Shown piece by piece: positions 1 through 9,733 of a stretch of DNA of 32,378 nucleotides. The stretch spans positions 1 to 32,378 of the forward strand of contig JAGLLT010000012.1 in the NCBI GenBank assembly GCA_023140385.1, given 5' to 3'. Position 1 is the first letter of the stretch, and the number at the start of each line of letters is the position of its first letter. The translations under genes were made by a program, and so were the position numbers. The notes beneath the pieces are model-generated. The model was not told the origin of the DNA. It worked only from the letters and a program-made list of their open reading frames with translations, and did no database searches. Source of the stretch: Candidatus Omnitrophota bacterium (GTDB taxonomy: Bacteria; Omnitrophota; Gorgyraeia; JAGLLT01).

Positions 1-34
1 TCGCACTTGTGATTACAATTTACAGATATGAGCT

Positions 35-1204
35 CTATTTAAAAATGATATTTGCTATCCACCCTAAAACAATTATTTGCGGAACAGTTATAATTGGCAG
101 CCATATAGCTGTTTTTTTACCAACATTATGCCACAGAAGGCCTATCTCTGTGTAGTCGGTTGCTACACCTGCCATAAGAAAGACAAGGCTGTTTCCAATG
201 GCACGTGTTTGTCTGAATATCTCAAAAGCCATTGGAGCGGAGCCTTCGGAGCATACTTCAATAACAGTGGCAACAAGCAATGTTACGAAGAGTCCGCCGA
301 CAGAAGCGCTCATATAGTTCTGGAAAATATGTGAAGGTACATATGCTCCCGCGAGAGAAGCAATCCCCATGCCTATAAGTATCCACCATAATACCATATT
401 GCTTAGAGACATCGCTCCCCGATAAACTCCCTTCATATCGTTTCGCAGGCTCTGCCATGATAATCTGTATTTTTTAAGCCGGCTCCTGATATCTTTTTTT
501 ATGGAGAAATCCTTATCGTATTCCAGTTGATTTGTATTTTTTTCAATAATATTCTTTCTCTCAAGTAACTGAAAGATAAGGCCCGTATTGATAGCAATTA
601 TAATTGCCGAAAAAACTATATACAGCGCTTTCATCCCGAAAAAACCTATAAGCATTATAGTCACGGCCACATTTGCCCACGGAGAAGCGAGCAAAAACGC
701 GACAACCGCGGCGTTTGACGCGCCTTTCTTATGAAGCTGTATCGCGAGAGCCAGTATGCCGTGTGAGCAAGTGCTCATCAAAAAACCGAGAAAAACAGAA
801 TAAAAAATAGTCTTTTTCTTCGGTTGCGCCAGGAGATGCGAGATGTACTCCCGGGGAACATAATGGTCTATTACTCCGCCAAGAAAAAAGCCTAACAATA
901 TCGCCCACCATATAATTTTAAAATATTCCCACAGCGCGATTCTGAAAGGCTCAAGCAGCGGAACCAGGTAAGATAGGAAGATGGTAGAAAGTAAGATTAA
1001 GATGACAATAAAATTTTTGTTTTTATAGATAGATTTCTTTTGGTTTGTACTGCAGGAGATTGTGCCATGAGTCGAAATACCATTTTTTTCCGCGAATTTG
1101 TTCATACAGCTTTTACTGCAGAAAAAATAGGTGTTTCCATGATGTGTGACGCGCAAGCTGTCCTTTTCGTTAACCGTCATTCCGCAAATTGGATCTTTAG
1201 CCAT
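35..1204 (-). CDS. YHS-domain protein fused to a DUF318/ArsP-type permease
   Basis: N-terminal YHS motif (KDPICGMTV...TYFFCSKSC), then about 8 hydrophobic segments with the STCSHG and VCSEGSAP motifs typical of DUF318 permeases. Confidence 0.8.
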   Translation of the reverse strand: MAKDPICGMTVNEKDSLRVTHHGNTYFFCSKSCMNKFAEKNGISTHGTISCSTNQKKSIYKNKNFIVILILLSTIFLSYLVPLLEPFRIALWEYFKIIWWAILLGFFLGGVIDHYVPREYISHLLAQPKKKTIFYSVFLGFLMSTCSHGILALAIQLHKKGASNAAVVAFLLASPWANVAVTIMLIGFFGMKALYIVFSAIIIAINTGLIFQLLERKNIIEKNTNQLEYDKDFSIKKDIRSRLKKYRLSWQSLRNDMKGVYRGAMSLSNMVLWWILIGMGIASLAGAYVPSHIFQNYMSASVGGLFVTLLVATVIEVCSEGSAPMAFEIFRQTRAIGNSLVFLMAGVATDYTEIGLLWHNVGKKTAIWLPIITVPQIIVLGWIANIIFK

Positions 1205-1389
1205 ATAAATTTATCCTATACTTATTTTTTATCTAACAATTAATAGACGAACGTCGTTTTTCAAGGAATTTTACTTCATACACACATATTTTACATCACC
1301 GGTATATACATTTCAAGTTCAATTGTTTGATTCTTACATCAATACCATTGGGTACAGCCCCTATTTGACATTACTTATATTTCCTGTAT

Positions 1390-1418
1390 TTGACAAACGC
1401 GTTATTCTGTGCTACGTT
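1390..1418 (+). promoter_or_regulatory. Putative sigma70 promoter for the pcm operon
   Basis: TTGACA, 17 bp spacer, TACGTT with an extended -10 TG, about 55 bp upstream of the pcm start. Confidence 0.4.
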
Positions 1419-1471
1419 TATAACAGCTTCTTTAGAGAAAGATATTGAGAGCCTGAAGTGATGGTTAAAAC

Positions 1472-2182
1472 ATGAAAAAATGTATACGAGTACTCTCTGT
1501 ATTATTTTTTATCTTTTTAATCGGCAATCAGCTTGATTACTTAAAAGCCGCCGATAGCCTCTTTAATGAACGCCGGGAAATGGTTGAAACTCAAATTAAA
1601 GAAAGAGGTATACAGGACAAAGCCGCTTTAGAAGCTATGCTTTCCGTCCCAAGACACAAGTTCGTCCCGCCGGCTCACAGAGCCTATGCTTACGCGGATC
1701 GCCCCTTGCCTATAGGCCATGGGCAAACCATATCACAACCTTATATCGTAGCCCTTATGACTTCCCTATTAAACCTCGATTCCAAGTCGGTGGTTTTAGA
1801 AGTGGGAACCGGCTCCGGCTATCAAGCCGCGATTTTATCCGGGATATGCAAAGAAGTCTACACAGTGGAAATCATTCCTCCTTTAGGCAAAAATGCCGCC
1901 GCTCTTCTTAAAGAGTATGATAATGTTACGGTTGAGATTGGTGATGGTTATTACGGCTGGAAAGAATATGCCCCTTTTGACGGCATCATGGTTACCGCGG
2001 CAGCTACCTACATCCCCCCTCCCCTAATCAAACAGCTTAAGCCCGGCGGCAAGATGATTATACCAATAGGCGGCGTTTTTCAGGTCCAGAGATTGATGCT
2101 TATTACAAAAAAACAAGACGGCACTTTGGTGAGTGAAAATATCATTCCGGTCCGCTTTGTTCCCCTAACCAGAGCAGATTAA
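1472..2182 (+). CDS. pcm: Protein-L-isoaspartate(D-aspartate) O-methyltransferase
   Basis: VPRHKFVP, GQTISQPYIVA, VLEVGTGSGYQAA, APFDGIMVTAA and VRFVPL motifs; N-terminal hydrophobic signal-like segment. Confidence 0.95.
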   Translation: MKKCIRVLSVLFFIFLIGNQLDYLKAADSLFNERREMVETQIKERGIQDKAALEAMLSVPRHKFVPPAHRAYAYADRPLPIGHGQTISQPYIVALMTSLLNLDSKSVVLEVGTGSGYQAAILSGICKEVYTVEIIPPLGKNAAALLKEYDNVTVEIGDGYYGWKEYAPFDGIMVTAAATYIPPPLIKQLKPGGKMIIPIGGVFQVQRLMLITKKQDGTLVSENIIPVRFVPLTRAD

Positions 2183-2198
2183 CCGTAAGTAATTAATT

Positions 2199-4607
2199 AT
2201 GATAATAACATTTATAACTCTTTTTTTAGCCGCTGTTACTTTCTTAGTATATGAAATATTATTAATGAAAACCTTAAGCATAGTCGGCTGGAGCCATTAT
2301 GCTTATATGGTTGTAAGTCTTTCTATGCTGGGTTTGGGCTTTAGCGGTGTACTTTTGAGCCTCTTCCCAAAATTTTTCCGTCAAAACCGCGACATCTGCA
2401 TACTAATCGGCGGCTTCCTGTTCAGTCTTATACTGCCCTTAACTTTTTACATAAATCAAAAACTACCCCTAAACTATCTTTATCTGGTATGGGACTGGCG
2501 GCAGTTTATATACATAGGAGTAAGTTATTTTTTATACGGAATTCCTTTTCTAATAATCTCCACCATATTAGCGATTTTTTTCCTCAGGCACCCCAAGAAG
2601 ACAAATCAAGTATATTCGGTAAACCTGTTCGGTTCGGGGTTTGGTGTTTTCTGCGCCGTCCTTATTATGCATTATGTTCAGCCGGAAAAGTATATATTTG
2701 TATGCAGCGTTCTAAGCGCTTTAATGGCTTTTGTTTGGGGATTAAGATACAAAAAGTTAAGCAAGCGGCTTATTCTCAGCTTCGTTTTTATAATAATCTT
2801 TTTAATAAACTTCTTTCTCATCCCCTCTTCTTTAATACAATATATCTCCGAATATAAAGGATTACCTTCACTTTTAAGATTACCGGGAACAAGAATAGTA
2901 GATACATACTTTAACCCCTTCGGCTGCCTGCATATTGTAGAAGGCGAAAAGATAAGAATAGCTTCGGGCTTGAGCATAACCTACAAAGAAAAGATACCGT
3001 TACAAAAAGCTATCACATTTGACGGCGGCGCCCCCTCTCCTATTTTAGATCCGGATAATATAAGTTCCGCCTTTTTTGAAGATCTAATTTTTTCAGCCCC
3101 TTACAGCGTTAAGTCAAATCCTAAAGTACTTCTGATAGGAGCCGGCGGTTTTGGCAGCGCCCTGCTGGCTAATTATCATAACAGCAGATACATTAAAGTA
3201 TTAGAGATAAATCCTAAGGTTATTTCCGCGTTAGAAAAGAATATGACAACTTCTTTTGGCCGGTGGATAAAAAAAGCAAATATACAAATAACCAAAACAG
3301 ACGCCCGAAGCTATATAGAAAAGTCTCAAGAAGAATTTGATATTATCCAAATGGATCCTGCAGGTACCCTGACTTCATCCGCTTCCGGACTATTCGCGCA
3401 AAATGAAGATTACTTAAATACCGTCGAATCATATAAACTTTTTATACAGAGGCTTGCCCCCGACGGTATGTTTATGATAAGCCGCTGGATGAGCACGCCG
3501 GCAAAAGGCGGAATAAAATTATTTGCTACCGGAGTTAGAGCATTAGAAGAGCTTGATATAGAAAACCCTGAAAATAACTTAGTTTTGATAAAAAATTGGG
3601 ACATCATAACCCTGCTGATAAAAAAAGACCCTTTTACCACTAACGAACTGAAGAATATAAAAAATTTCTGCGGCAAAAAACATTTTGATACTTCGTATTT
3701 TCCCGGGATAGAAAAATCGCGGACAAACCGCTTTCACATCCTGCCGGAACCCATATATTATCTGGCGGCGCGAAGTATAATAAACAAGCAAGACAGAGAA
3801 GATTTTTTTACAAATTATACATTTAATGTTAGGCCGGCTGTTGACAATAAGCCTTATTTTTCACATTTTTTTAAATGGACCTCCCTGCCCTATCTTATTA
3901 AAACTTTAGGCAGAGAGTGGATTCCTTTTGCCGAATACGGTTATCTAATACTCCTGGCCTCTTTCATTCAATCTTTGGTGGTAGGCGGATTACTTATACT
4001 TTTGCCTTTAGGAATTTTGGTTTTTAAGCGCGGGAGAGAAAACAGCGTTAAATTTAAATTCAATACCTGGCTGTATTTTGTATTTTTAGGTTTATCATTT
4101 ATGATTTTAGAAATGGGCTTGATTCAAAAATTCATCCTTTTTCTGCATAACCCTATATATTCCGCCTCTATAGTAATAGGTTCGTTTCTTACTATCTCAG
4201 GCATCGGAAGTATGCTAAGTAAAAGGTTTTTTAACAAACAGGCAAAATATCAAATAATACCTTTTATAATAATAACAATATTGGCCGTTTTATACGCTTG
4301 TTTTCTTGATTCACTTTTTTATAAGTTAATGGGACTAAACATTTACACCAAACTCTTGCTTTCGATTATAATTATTGCCCCTCTGGCCTTACTCTTAGGC
4401 ATTCCCTTTCCTCTCGGGATGCGGAAAATATCTCCTACGGGTGAAGTCAACACAGGCATCGCCTGGGGATGCAATGGGTTCTTCTCGGTAATAGGTGCTA
4501 TTCTAACTCCTATCTTAGCCATGCTTTTGGGATCTCAAATCGTGATTTTAATAGGCGGGCTGGGTTATCTTTTAGCAATGTTTATGTGGAAACTTAAATT
4601 TGACTAA
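2199..4607 (+). CDS. Multi-TM membrane protein with a central spermidine-synthase-like SAM-dependent domain
   Basis: TM bundles at both ends; central Rossmann motifs VLLIGAGG, VLEINP, DARSYI, FDIIQMD. Confidence 0.8.
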   Translation: MIITFITLFLAAVTFLVYEILLMKTLSIVGWSHYAYMVVSLSMLGLGFSGVLLSLFPKFFRQNRDICILIGGFLFSLILPLTFYINQKLPLNYLYLVWDWRQFIYIGVSYFLYGIPFLIISTILAIFFLRHPKKTNQVYSVNLFGSGFGVFCAVLIMHYVQPEKYIFVCSVLSALMAFVWGLRYKKLSKRLILSFVFIIIFLINFFLIPSSLIQYISEYKGLPSLLRLPGTRIVDTYFNPFGCLHIVEGEKIRIASGLSITYKEKIPLQKAITFDGGAPSPILDPDNISSAFFEDLIFSAPYSVKSNPKVLLIGAGGFGSALLANYHNSRYIKVLEINPKVISALEKNMTTSFGRWIKKANIQITKTDARSYIEKSQEEFDIIQMDPAGTLTSSASGLFAQNEDYLNTVESYKLFIQRLAPDGMFMISRWMSTPAKGGIKLFATGVRALEELDIENPENNLVLIKNWDIITLLIKKDPFTTNELKNIKNFCGKKHFDTSYFPGIEKSRTNRFHILPEPIYYLAARSIINKQDREDFFTNYTFNVRPAVDNKPYFSHFFKWTSLPYLIKTLGREWIPFAEYGYLILLASFIQSLVVGGLLILLPLGILVFKRGRENSVKFKFNTWLYFVFLGLSFMILEMGLIQKFILFLHNPIYSASIVIGSFLTISGIGSMLSKRFFNKQAKYQIIPFIIITILAVLYACFLDSLFYKLMGLNIYTKLLLSIIIIAPLALLLGIPFPLGMRKISPTGEVNTGIAWGCNGFFSVIGAILTPILAMLLGSQIVILIGGLGYLLAMFMWKLKFD

Positions 4608-4615
4608 ATAGTGAC

Positions 4616-4652
4616 GACAATCCCATCGGATTTTTATTGGAACCGGATTGTC
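4616..4652. terminator. Inverted repeat between convergent genes (possible bidirectional terminator)
   Basis: GACAATCC ... GGATTGTC arms lie between the two stop codons; long loop and no clear U-tract. Confidence 0.35.
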
Positions 4653-4667
4653 ATAGAGATTAAAACT

Positions 4668-5939
4668 CTACTCTCCTTTGTATTTTACCAGGCTAAAAAC
4701 TTCTACTCCCTGTGATTCAAGATTTTCCCGGCCCTTTAAATCCTCCAATTCTACTACAAAAGCCGCTTCAACAATACTAACCCCTAATCTTTGTAATATT
4801 TTCACAAAGGCTGACGCCGTGCCTCCCGTAGCTATCAAATCATCTATAATCAAAACTTTGTCCTCTTTGCCAATAGCGTCTTTGTGAACTTCTATCTGGT
4901 CTTTGCCATACTCTAAATCGTATTCTTGACTATATGTAGGAGCCGGCAGCTTCCCTTTCTTTCTAACAAGAACAAAACCAACATTTAACCTGTCTGCCAG
5001 AATACTGCCAAAGACAAACCCTCTGGACTCTATTCCCGCGATTAATGTTATATCTTTATCCTTGTACCTGCCGCATAAAGCTTCCATCACTTTTCCCATA
5101 GCTTTGGTATCTTTTAATAAAGTGGTTATATCCCTAAACATTATTCCCTTTTTAGGAAAATCCGGAATTGTTCTAATACTATTCTCAACAACATTCTCCT
5201 TATCTGCGATCATCCTAACGGCTCCGGTAACTATTTTTACCATGTTTCCTATATTTTGAGAGAACATCTCTTTAATTTGAGGCCACGACACAGGAGCCTC
5301 ATCTTCTTTCCAACTGTCATAATCCGTAACCATGGCTATGGCCGCGTACTCAAGCCCTATTTCTTTTGCTAAAATAGCTTCTTGAGCCACTGTCATATTA
5401 ATAACATCGCCGCCTAACATTTTGTACATTTTTGATTCTGCTCTGGTAGAAAAGCGGGGGCCCTCTATTGTCACTACACAGCCTTTTTTATGATATCTAA
5501 TACCAAGCTCCTGACAACTTTCCGCCAACTTGCCTCTTAAAAATCCCGAAAACGGGTCACCCAAAGGAGCATGTACCGGCTCACCCTCAAATTTATCATA
5601 AAAAGTTGACTTCCTGCTTTTTGTAAAATCTAAAAATTGGTCTAAAACAACAAAATCGCCTCTCTTAATTTCCTCCTTTAAAGAACCTACTACAGTTGTT
5701 GCTATAATATGCCCTACGCCTTCGGCCTTTAGAGCGGAAATGATGGCTCTAATATTGACCTGGCTTGGCGGAGTTTGGTGCTCTTCGCCATGCCTCGAAG
5801 CCAAAACAATCTCTTGCCCGGATAAAAGTATTATATTTAATTTGACGGTTCCATAAGGCGTTGTTATTACGCTTGTTCTCCCCTTACCGATACTGTCCAT
5901 TTTCTCTAAACCGCTACCGCCTATCACGCCTAATTTCAT
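4668..5939 (-). CDS. mtnP-apt: Fused 5'-methylthioadenosine phosphorylase (N-term) and adenine phosphoribosyltransferase (C-term)
   Basis: MTAP motifs GVIGGSG, TPYG, RHG, EGPRFSTRAES, VTDYD; APRT motifs IRTIPDFPKKGIMFRDIT, GIESRGF, RKKGKLP, VLIIDDLIATGGT; one continuous ORF. Confidence 0.9.
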   Translation of the reverse strand: MKLGVIGGSGLEKMDSIGKGRTSVITTPYGTVKLNIILLSGQEIVLASRHGEEHQTPPSQVNIRAIISALKAEGVGHIIATTVVGSLKEEIKRGDFVVLDQFLDFTKSRKSTFYDKFEGEPVHAPLGDPFSGFLRGKLAESCQELGIRYHKKGCVVTIEGPRFSTRAESKMYKMLGGDVINMTVAQEAILAKEIGLEYAAIAMVTDYDSWKEDEAPVSWPQIKEMFSQNIGNMVKIVTGAVRMIADKENVVENSIRTIPDFPKKGIMFRDITTLLKDTKAMGKVMEALCGRYKDKDITLIAGIESRGFVFGSILADRLNVGFVLVRKKGKLPAPTYSQEYDLEYGKDQIEVHKDAIGKEDKVLIIDDLIATGGTASAFVKILQRLGVSIVEAAFVVELEDLKGRENLESQGVEVFSLVKYKGE

Positions 5940-6006
5940 TTCAACTCCTCAATTTCTTATCCTCATAATTGTATCATACATTATAATTCAAATAGAACCG
6001 TCTCTT

Positions 6007-6951
6007 TTACCCTCCAATTTCTGACAGGATATTTTCAGGGGATGGCGGGATAGACTTGCCTAGAGAGCTCTTTATATATTTTCCCGAACGCTTAATGAGA
6101 TATTCCCCCTGCTTTAGCACAATATCATTAATAGAAAAAGGACGCCGTCCTGTATTGATAATCATCTTATCCTCAAGTATCCATTTTCCTTTTTCAATAG
6201 CAATTTGGCTAATATCTATTGCGCCGCTTATAACTACTAAATTTCCATTCTTGTCAGCGTATATTGGGATAAGTTTAATATCCATTTCATGCGACAAATA
6301 TTTTCCTTTCTCTACGATTTGCTCACTTGCCTTGCTTAGCACGTAAGCTTTTTCGTTGGATTCTCTATCTTCAAGGATAGCTTCAGGAAGAATTCTTGAA
6401 ACAACCGATCCTTTATCATTCTTAACTATGATTTCCCGATCATACACTACAGTATAACGTTCTCCAGATTCAGAATTTACAGGAACTTTATAATTCCAAA
6501 CGGACAAAAGAAATTTATCTTCAGTCTTATTTTCATTTGTTTGCCCTTTTGATAAACATTTCATGCCTTTCATTGCAATAAAAAGTTCAATGTGGCCTGT
6601 GGGTACACACAGCGCCCGGTCGGCAGTGTCCATTAAATTTGCTATCATACCAAATGGAGTGACCATAAAAATAAGCTTACCTGTCATTTTGGCTATAGAG
6701 TCTTTGTCGACGATTAGATCTTTTTTTACCTCGCCTGAATCCATATGAACATATATTTTTGGAATATACATTGTGAACTTATCTACGCGACTTTCATAGC
6801 GAAGCTCAGAATATGGGTCACCATCCTTAAGGGACGCTGATTTTAGGTTAAATCTTGTTGCACCGCAACCTGCTAATGCCATGGTCGTTACACTTATGGC
6901 TAAAATAGTTAACATGCGGGTAGTGTTAAATATAACCAATCCTGGTTTCAT
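6007..6951 (-). CDS. Hypothetical lipoprotein
   Basis: 314-aa ORF with a signal peptide and LAGC lipobox; RBS-like GGGAG upstream. Confidence 0.65.
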   Translation of the reverse strand: MKPGLVIFNTTRMLTILAISVTTMALAGCGATRFNLKSASLKDGDPYSELRYESRVDKFTMYIPKIYVHMDSGEVKKDLIVDKDSIAKMTGKLIFMVTPFGMIANLMDTADRALCVPTGHIELFIAMKGMKCLSKGQTNENKTEDKFLLSVWNYKVPVNSESGERYTVVYDREIIVKNDKGSVVSRILPEAILEDRESNEKAYVLSKASEQIVEKGKYLSHEMDIKLIPIYADKNGNLVVISGAIDISQIAIEKGKWILEDKMIINTGRRPFSINDIVLKQGEYLIKRSGKYIKSSLGKSIPPSPENILSEIGG

Positions 6952-7037
6952 GACTAAACTCCCGTTTATTTGTTTTTAAAAATGATATCGTCCAGGGCTT
7001 GATAGAATTCATAGATTATTTCGAGCAGTCATTCTAT

Positions 7038-7829
7038 CTATCTCAATGCCAAAACAGCTTTCTTTCTTATTGCTTTTTTTGATCTTCCGCCCCAATAGCC
7101 TTGCTGTTTCCATGACCATCTCGTAAACATTTTTTTGTCCATATCATACGCGGGGGAACCTAAAAAATCAATGTCATCCTCCCGCATGGCGCTGATTTCA
7201 AAGGGGCGTCCGGTTTTTATCTCAACTGTACCATTAAATATTTTCACAGTATCATTAGTTTCTTTGATTTTGTTGTTTTTCTCATTTTTTATTACGAGCC
7301 GCCTTTCTTCGTGGTAGGTAAATACGGATTTTACTCCAACGAGTGTTATCATATTTTCTCTAATGCTGATTTGAACTTCCTTTCTGTCATTTTTATTCGC
7401 GCCCGACCAGACATGATTGGGTATGTTGAAAGCACGAAATTCCTTTTCCGTAATCTCGTAAAGTTTCAATTTCTCTTTTTCGGCTTTGGTTTTTCCAATC
7501 AGTCCGTTCTTAACTTTTATAGCGACAAAAACAGGGTGTTCTATTATATATCTATGATTTCCCGGGCTATTTGCAATCGCGTAGCTTTCTCCTGAGAGTG
7601 CAAGATTAACAATATCCACCTCACAGCCATGCTCAATTTTTTTTACTCCATGCTGGGGATGCCATGAAAAAGCGTCTTTGTTATCTGTATCAAAGTCGCT
7701 GACAAACTTTACATATCCTTTGGGCCCCTCATGTGGAATCTCACCTAACCTATCCAAGTGGGAAACAGACGCGCAGCCATTTAATAATGTGATTAATGTA
7801 ATCGAGATAACAAGGTACATTTTTTTCAT
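7038..7829 (-). CDS. Hypothetical lipoprotein
   Basis: MKK start, hydrophobic stretch and LNGC lipobox; AAGGA RBS upstream. Confidence 0.65.
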   Translation of the reverse strand: MKKMYLVISITLITLLNGCASVSHLDRLGEIPHEGPKGYVKFVSDFDTDNKDAFSWHPQHGVKKIEHGCEVDIVNLALSGESYAIANSPGNHRYIIEHPVFVAIKVKNGLIGKTKAEKEKLKLYEITEKEFRAFNIPNHVWSGANKNDRKEVQISIRENMITLVGVKSVFTYHEERRLVIKNEKNNKIKETNDTVKIFNGTVEIKTGRPFEISAMREDDIDFLGSPAYDMDKKMFTRWSWKQQGYWGGRSKKAIRKKAVLALR

Positions 7830-7977
7830 GTGATTAAATTCCTTTTAAGTATTATTTAATTAAACAATCAAGCTTAAATCTCTGGTTTTATCTCACTTTT
7901 TATCCATAATAACATAAAATAAAGAGTTTTTGGCAAAAAAGAGAGGATATGCCTATTTATGATTTTTATATACCACA

Positions 7978-8012
7978 ACAAAAAACCCGAAAGGACTCAA
8001 TCTTCCGGGTTA
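7978..8012 (-). terminator. Intrinsic terminator downstream of the displaced tRNA 3' fragment
   Basis: Minus strand reads AACCCGGAAGA-TTGAG-TCCTTTCGGGTT followed by a T-run. Confidence 0.6.
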
Positions 8013-8083
8013 TAAGCATGGTAGAACTTTTGCAATAATCAATTCCTACGAAGCCAAAAACGAAAGCATTTTGGCGTAGTAGA

Positions 8084-8097
8084 ATGGTAGCCCCAAC
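8084..8097 (-). repeat. att-like direct repeat duplicating the tRNA-Glu 3' end (distal island boundary)
   Basis: ATGGTAGCCCCAAC is identical to 23750-23763; both copies are also preceded closely by CGTAGT. Confidence 0.75.
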
Positions 8098-8144
8098 CCG
8101 CGCTGGACACTAGGGACACTTTATTTCTATTTTCAGTTGCTGGC

Positions 8145-8213
8145 ATATAACGCTAGAGCTCACGGGCCACTGGACCGAAGGCATAGCGTTCCTTGTGCAG
8201 CAATTGGCTGGGC
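8145..8213 (-). repeat. Integron attC-like recombination site
   Basis: Minus strand just after the stop codon: R'' GCCCAGC, L'' TGCTGCAC, L' GTGAGC (pairing leaves one extrahelical base), R' GTTATAT; 69 bp. Confidence 0.7.
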
Positions 8214-8217
8214 CATT

Positions 8218-9099
8218 TTACTCAGTTACTAAAAAATCCGGCCTACCATGCCTGCTTGCTGACTCAGATATTTTTCTCTGTTTATCATCTAATGCATTTA
8301 TTTCTACTGTATAGTAGTGGCTTTTTTTTAATTTAATGCCTTGCTCAGTAATATTTATAAAAGCTTCCTGAACCGTGGGGCGTTTCGACCAGTTAAATAA
8401 ATACTTTTGTTCCATATAATCACGCGGATTTTTTTGCTCCATCAGTTGGATTCTATAAGTACTAGCGCCGGGATATGGTTCCCAAGTTACTATGATTGGT
8501 TCTGACAAAGAAACCTCACCTATTGGTCCTGATTTTATAACGGGATCAACATAATCTAAATCAAGCCCCCTGCCTATTTTCTTTTCATTAACTAGCATGA
8601 TTTCACTTGCATGAGCATTGCGGGGATTACCTATTTTGCCCGCGAGAATTAAATCTGCTGAAGAATGATCAAATTTATACCCATCAATTCTGTATTTCCC
8701 AAAAGGTACATTTATGGTGTACTCACCATCTGAATTTGTAACACCCCATTGACTCATTACGCTTCCATTTAGAGCAAGTCTCAAACGTAAGCCCTTAACC
8801 GGCTTGCCATTTGATGTAACTTGACCAATAATTTTTCCCCGGCCTTCTGTAAGAACTTTACTCCTATTATCGGAGAACTCACCGGAGTAAACTGCACTAG
8901 AGCCAAGAAAACGTTCCTTCTCAGCAATCTCAGGTAGCACAGTTACGGTTTCTTGTGATAGTGAAGTGAAATCCGAGCTTAAGAGGGGCTTGTAAAATTT
9001 GTAATAAGCAAAGCTTATTACTACTGTAATGAATAATAAAATCCCTCCAATACCTGATCCAATCACTATCAAAATTGTTTTAATTGTCTTCCTGTCCAT
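8218..9099 (-). CDS. Membrane-anchored protein with a carboxypeptidase-regulatory-like (prealbumin) domain and an FnIII-like C-terminus; probable gene cassette
   Basis: N-terminal TM; IIGQVT...GKPVKG...TNSDGEYTINVPFGKYRI motif; VTWEPYPGASTYRIQL; AGGAGG RBS. Confidence 0.65.
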   Translation of the reverse strand: MDRKTIKTILIVIGSGIGGILLFITVVISFAYYKFYKPLLSSDFTSLSQETVTVLPEIAEKERFLGSSAVYSGEFSDNRSKVLTEGRGKIIGQVTSNGKPVKGLRLRLALNGSVMSQWGVTNSDGEYTINVPFGKYRIDGYKFDHSSADLILAGKIGNPRNAHASEIMLVNEKKIGRGLDLDYVDPVIKSGPIGEVSLSEPIIVTWEPYPGASTYRIQLMEQKNPRDYMEQKYLFNWSKRPTVQEAFINITEQGIKLKKSHYYTVEINALDDKQRKISESASRHGRPDFLVTE

Positions 9100-9164
9100 T
9101 TTATCCTCCTTCCGAACAATTAATATACGGAATACGTTTTTTGCTATCCATTATAGATATCTGC

Positions 9165-9623
9165 CTACAAATTTAACAAACTCCATTGACTTAAATACTT
9201 TTCTTTAGGATCATCAAATTTTCTCATTTGATTATCATTATGTTTTTGACCCTTTTTGCCTGGCGTTTTCAACCAGTTTACATGCCCGTCTTTAACATAT
9301 TTTGCAACGACATTGCTTGGCACTACAAAAAAATCTGGATGCTTTTGATTGTTATTAAGATTCACAAAAACATAAAATAAATTATCCGCAAAATAATCCT
9401 CTGCCTTTTTGTTGAGTATCCAAGTTCTCTTTGAGCTACTATTTGTTTTTACTTGAATGCTAATAGTTTTAGAGGCATTTGAATTTGAACAAAGAATGTC
9501 AACTCCTTTTGTGTTTCTCAATGTTATTGAAGCGATATATCCTTGCATTGATAGTTCAGCAGCTACAAGATACTCTCCAGATACTCCTGCCAAAACTGTA
9601 TTTAATTTTCCCATGTCTTGCAA
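9165..9623 (-). CDS. Small PD-(D/E)XK-superfamily nuclease-like protein
   Basis: GEYLVAAEL helix, then GVDIL...IQVKT (E...D...QxK catalytic pattern). Confidence 0.65.
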   Translation of the reverse strand: MQDMGKLNTVLAGVSGEYLVAAELSMQGYIASITLRNTKGVDILCSNSNASKTISIQVKTNSSSKRTWILNKKAEDYFADNLFYVFVNLNNNQKHPDFFVVPSNVVAKYVKDGHVNWLKTPGKKGQKHNDNQMRKFDDPKEKYLSQWSLLNL

Positions 9624-9733
9624 CTTATTCCTTTTAATAGTTTCTTAAAATAGTGTTGAGTAATATTATTAATACTATATGACATAATTATACCAAACAC
9701 TACGGATAATCTATCTCTATAGCAGTTGATGCT

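Noticed and set aside
6965..7080. Possible decayed HEAT-repeat extension of the 7038-7829 lipoprotein (RKKAVLALR*...QALDD)
   Set aside because: Would need both a stop read-through and a frameshift; the similarity is too short to support
9100..9164. Third attC site after the small nuclease gene
   Set aside because: A GTT core-like sequence is present, but there is no RYYYAAC box and no pairing L boxes
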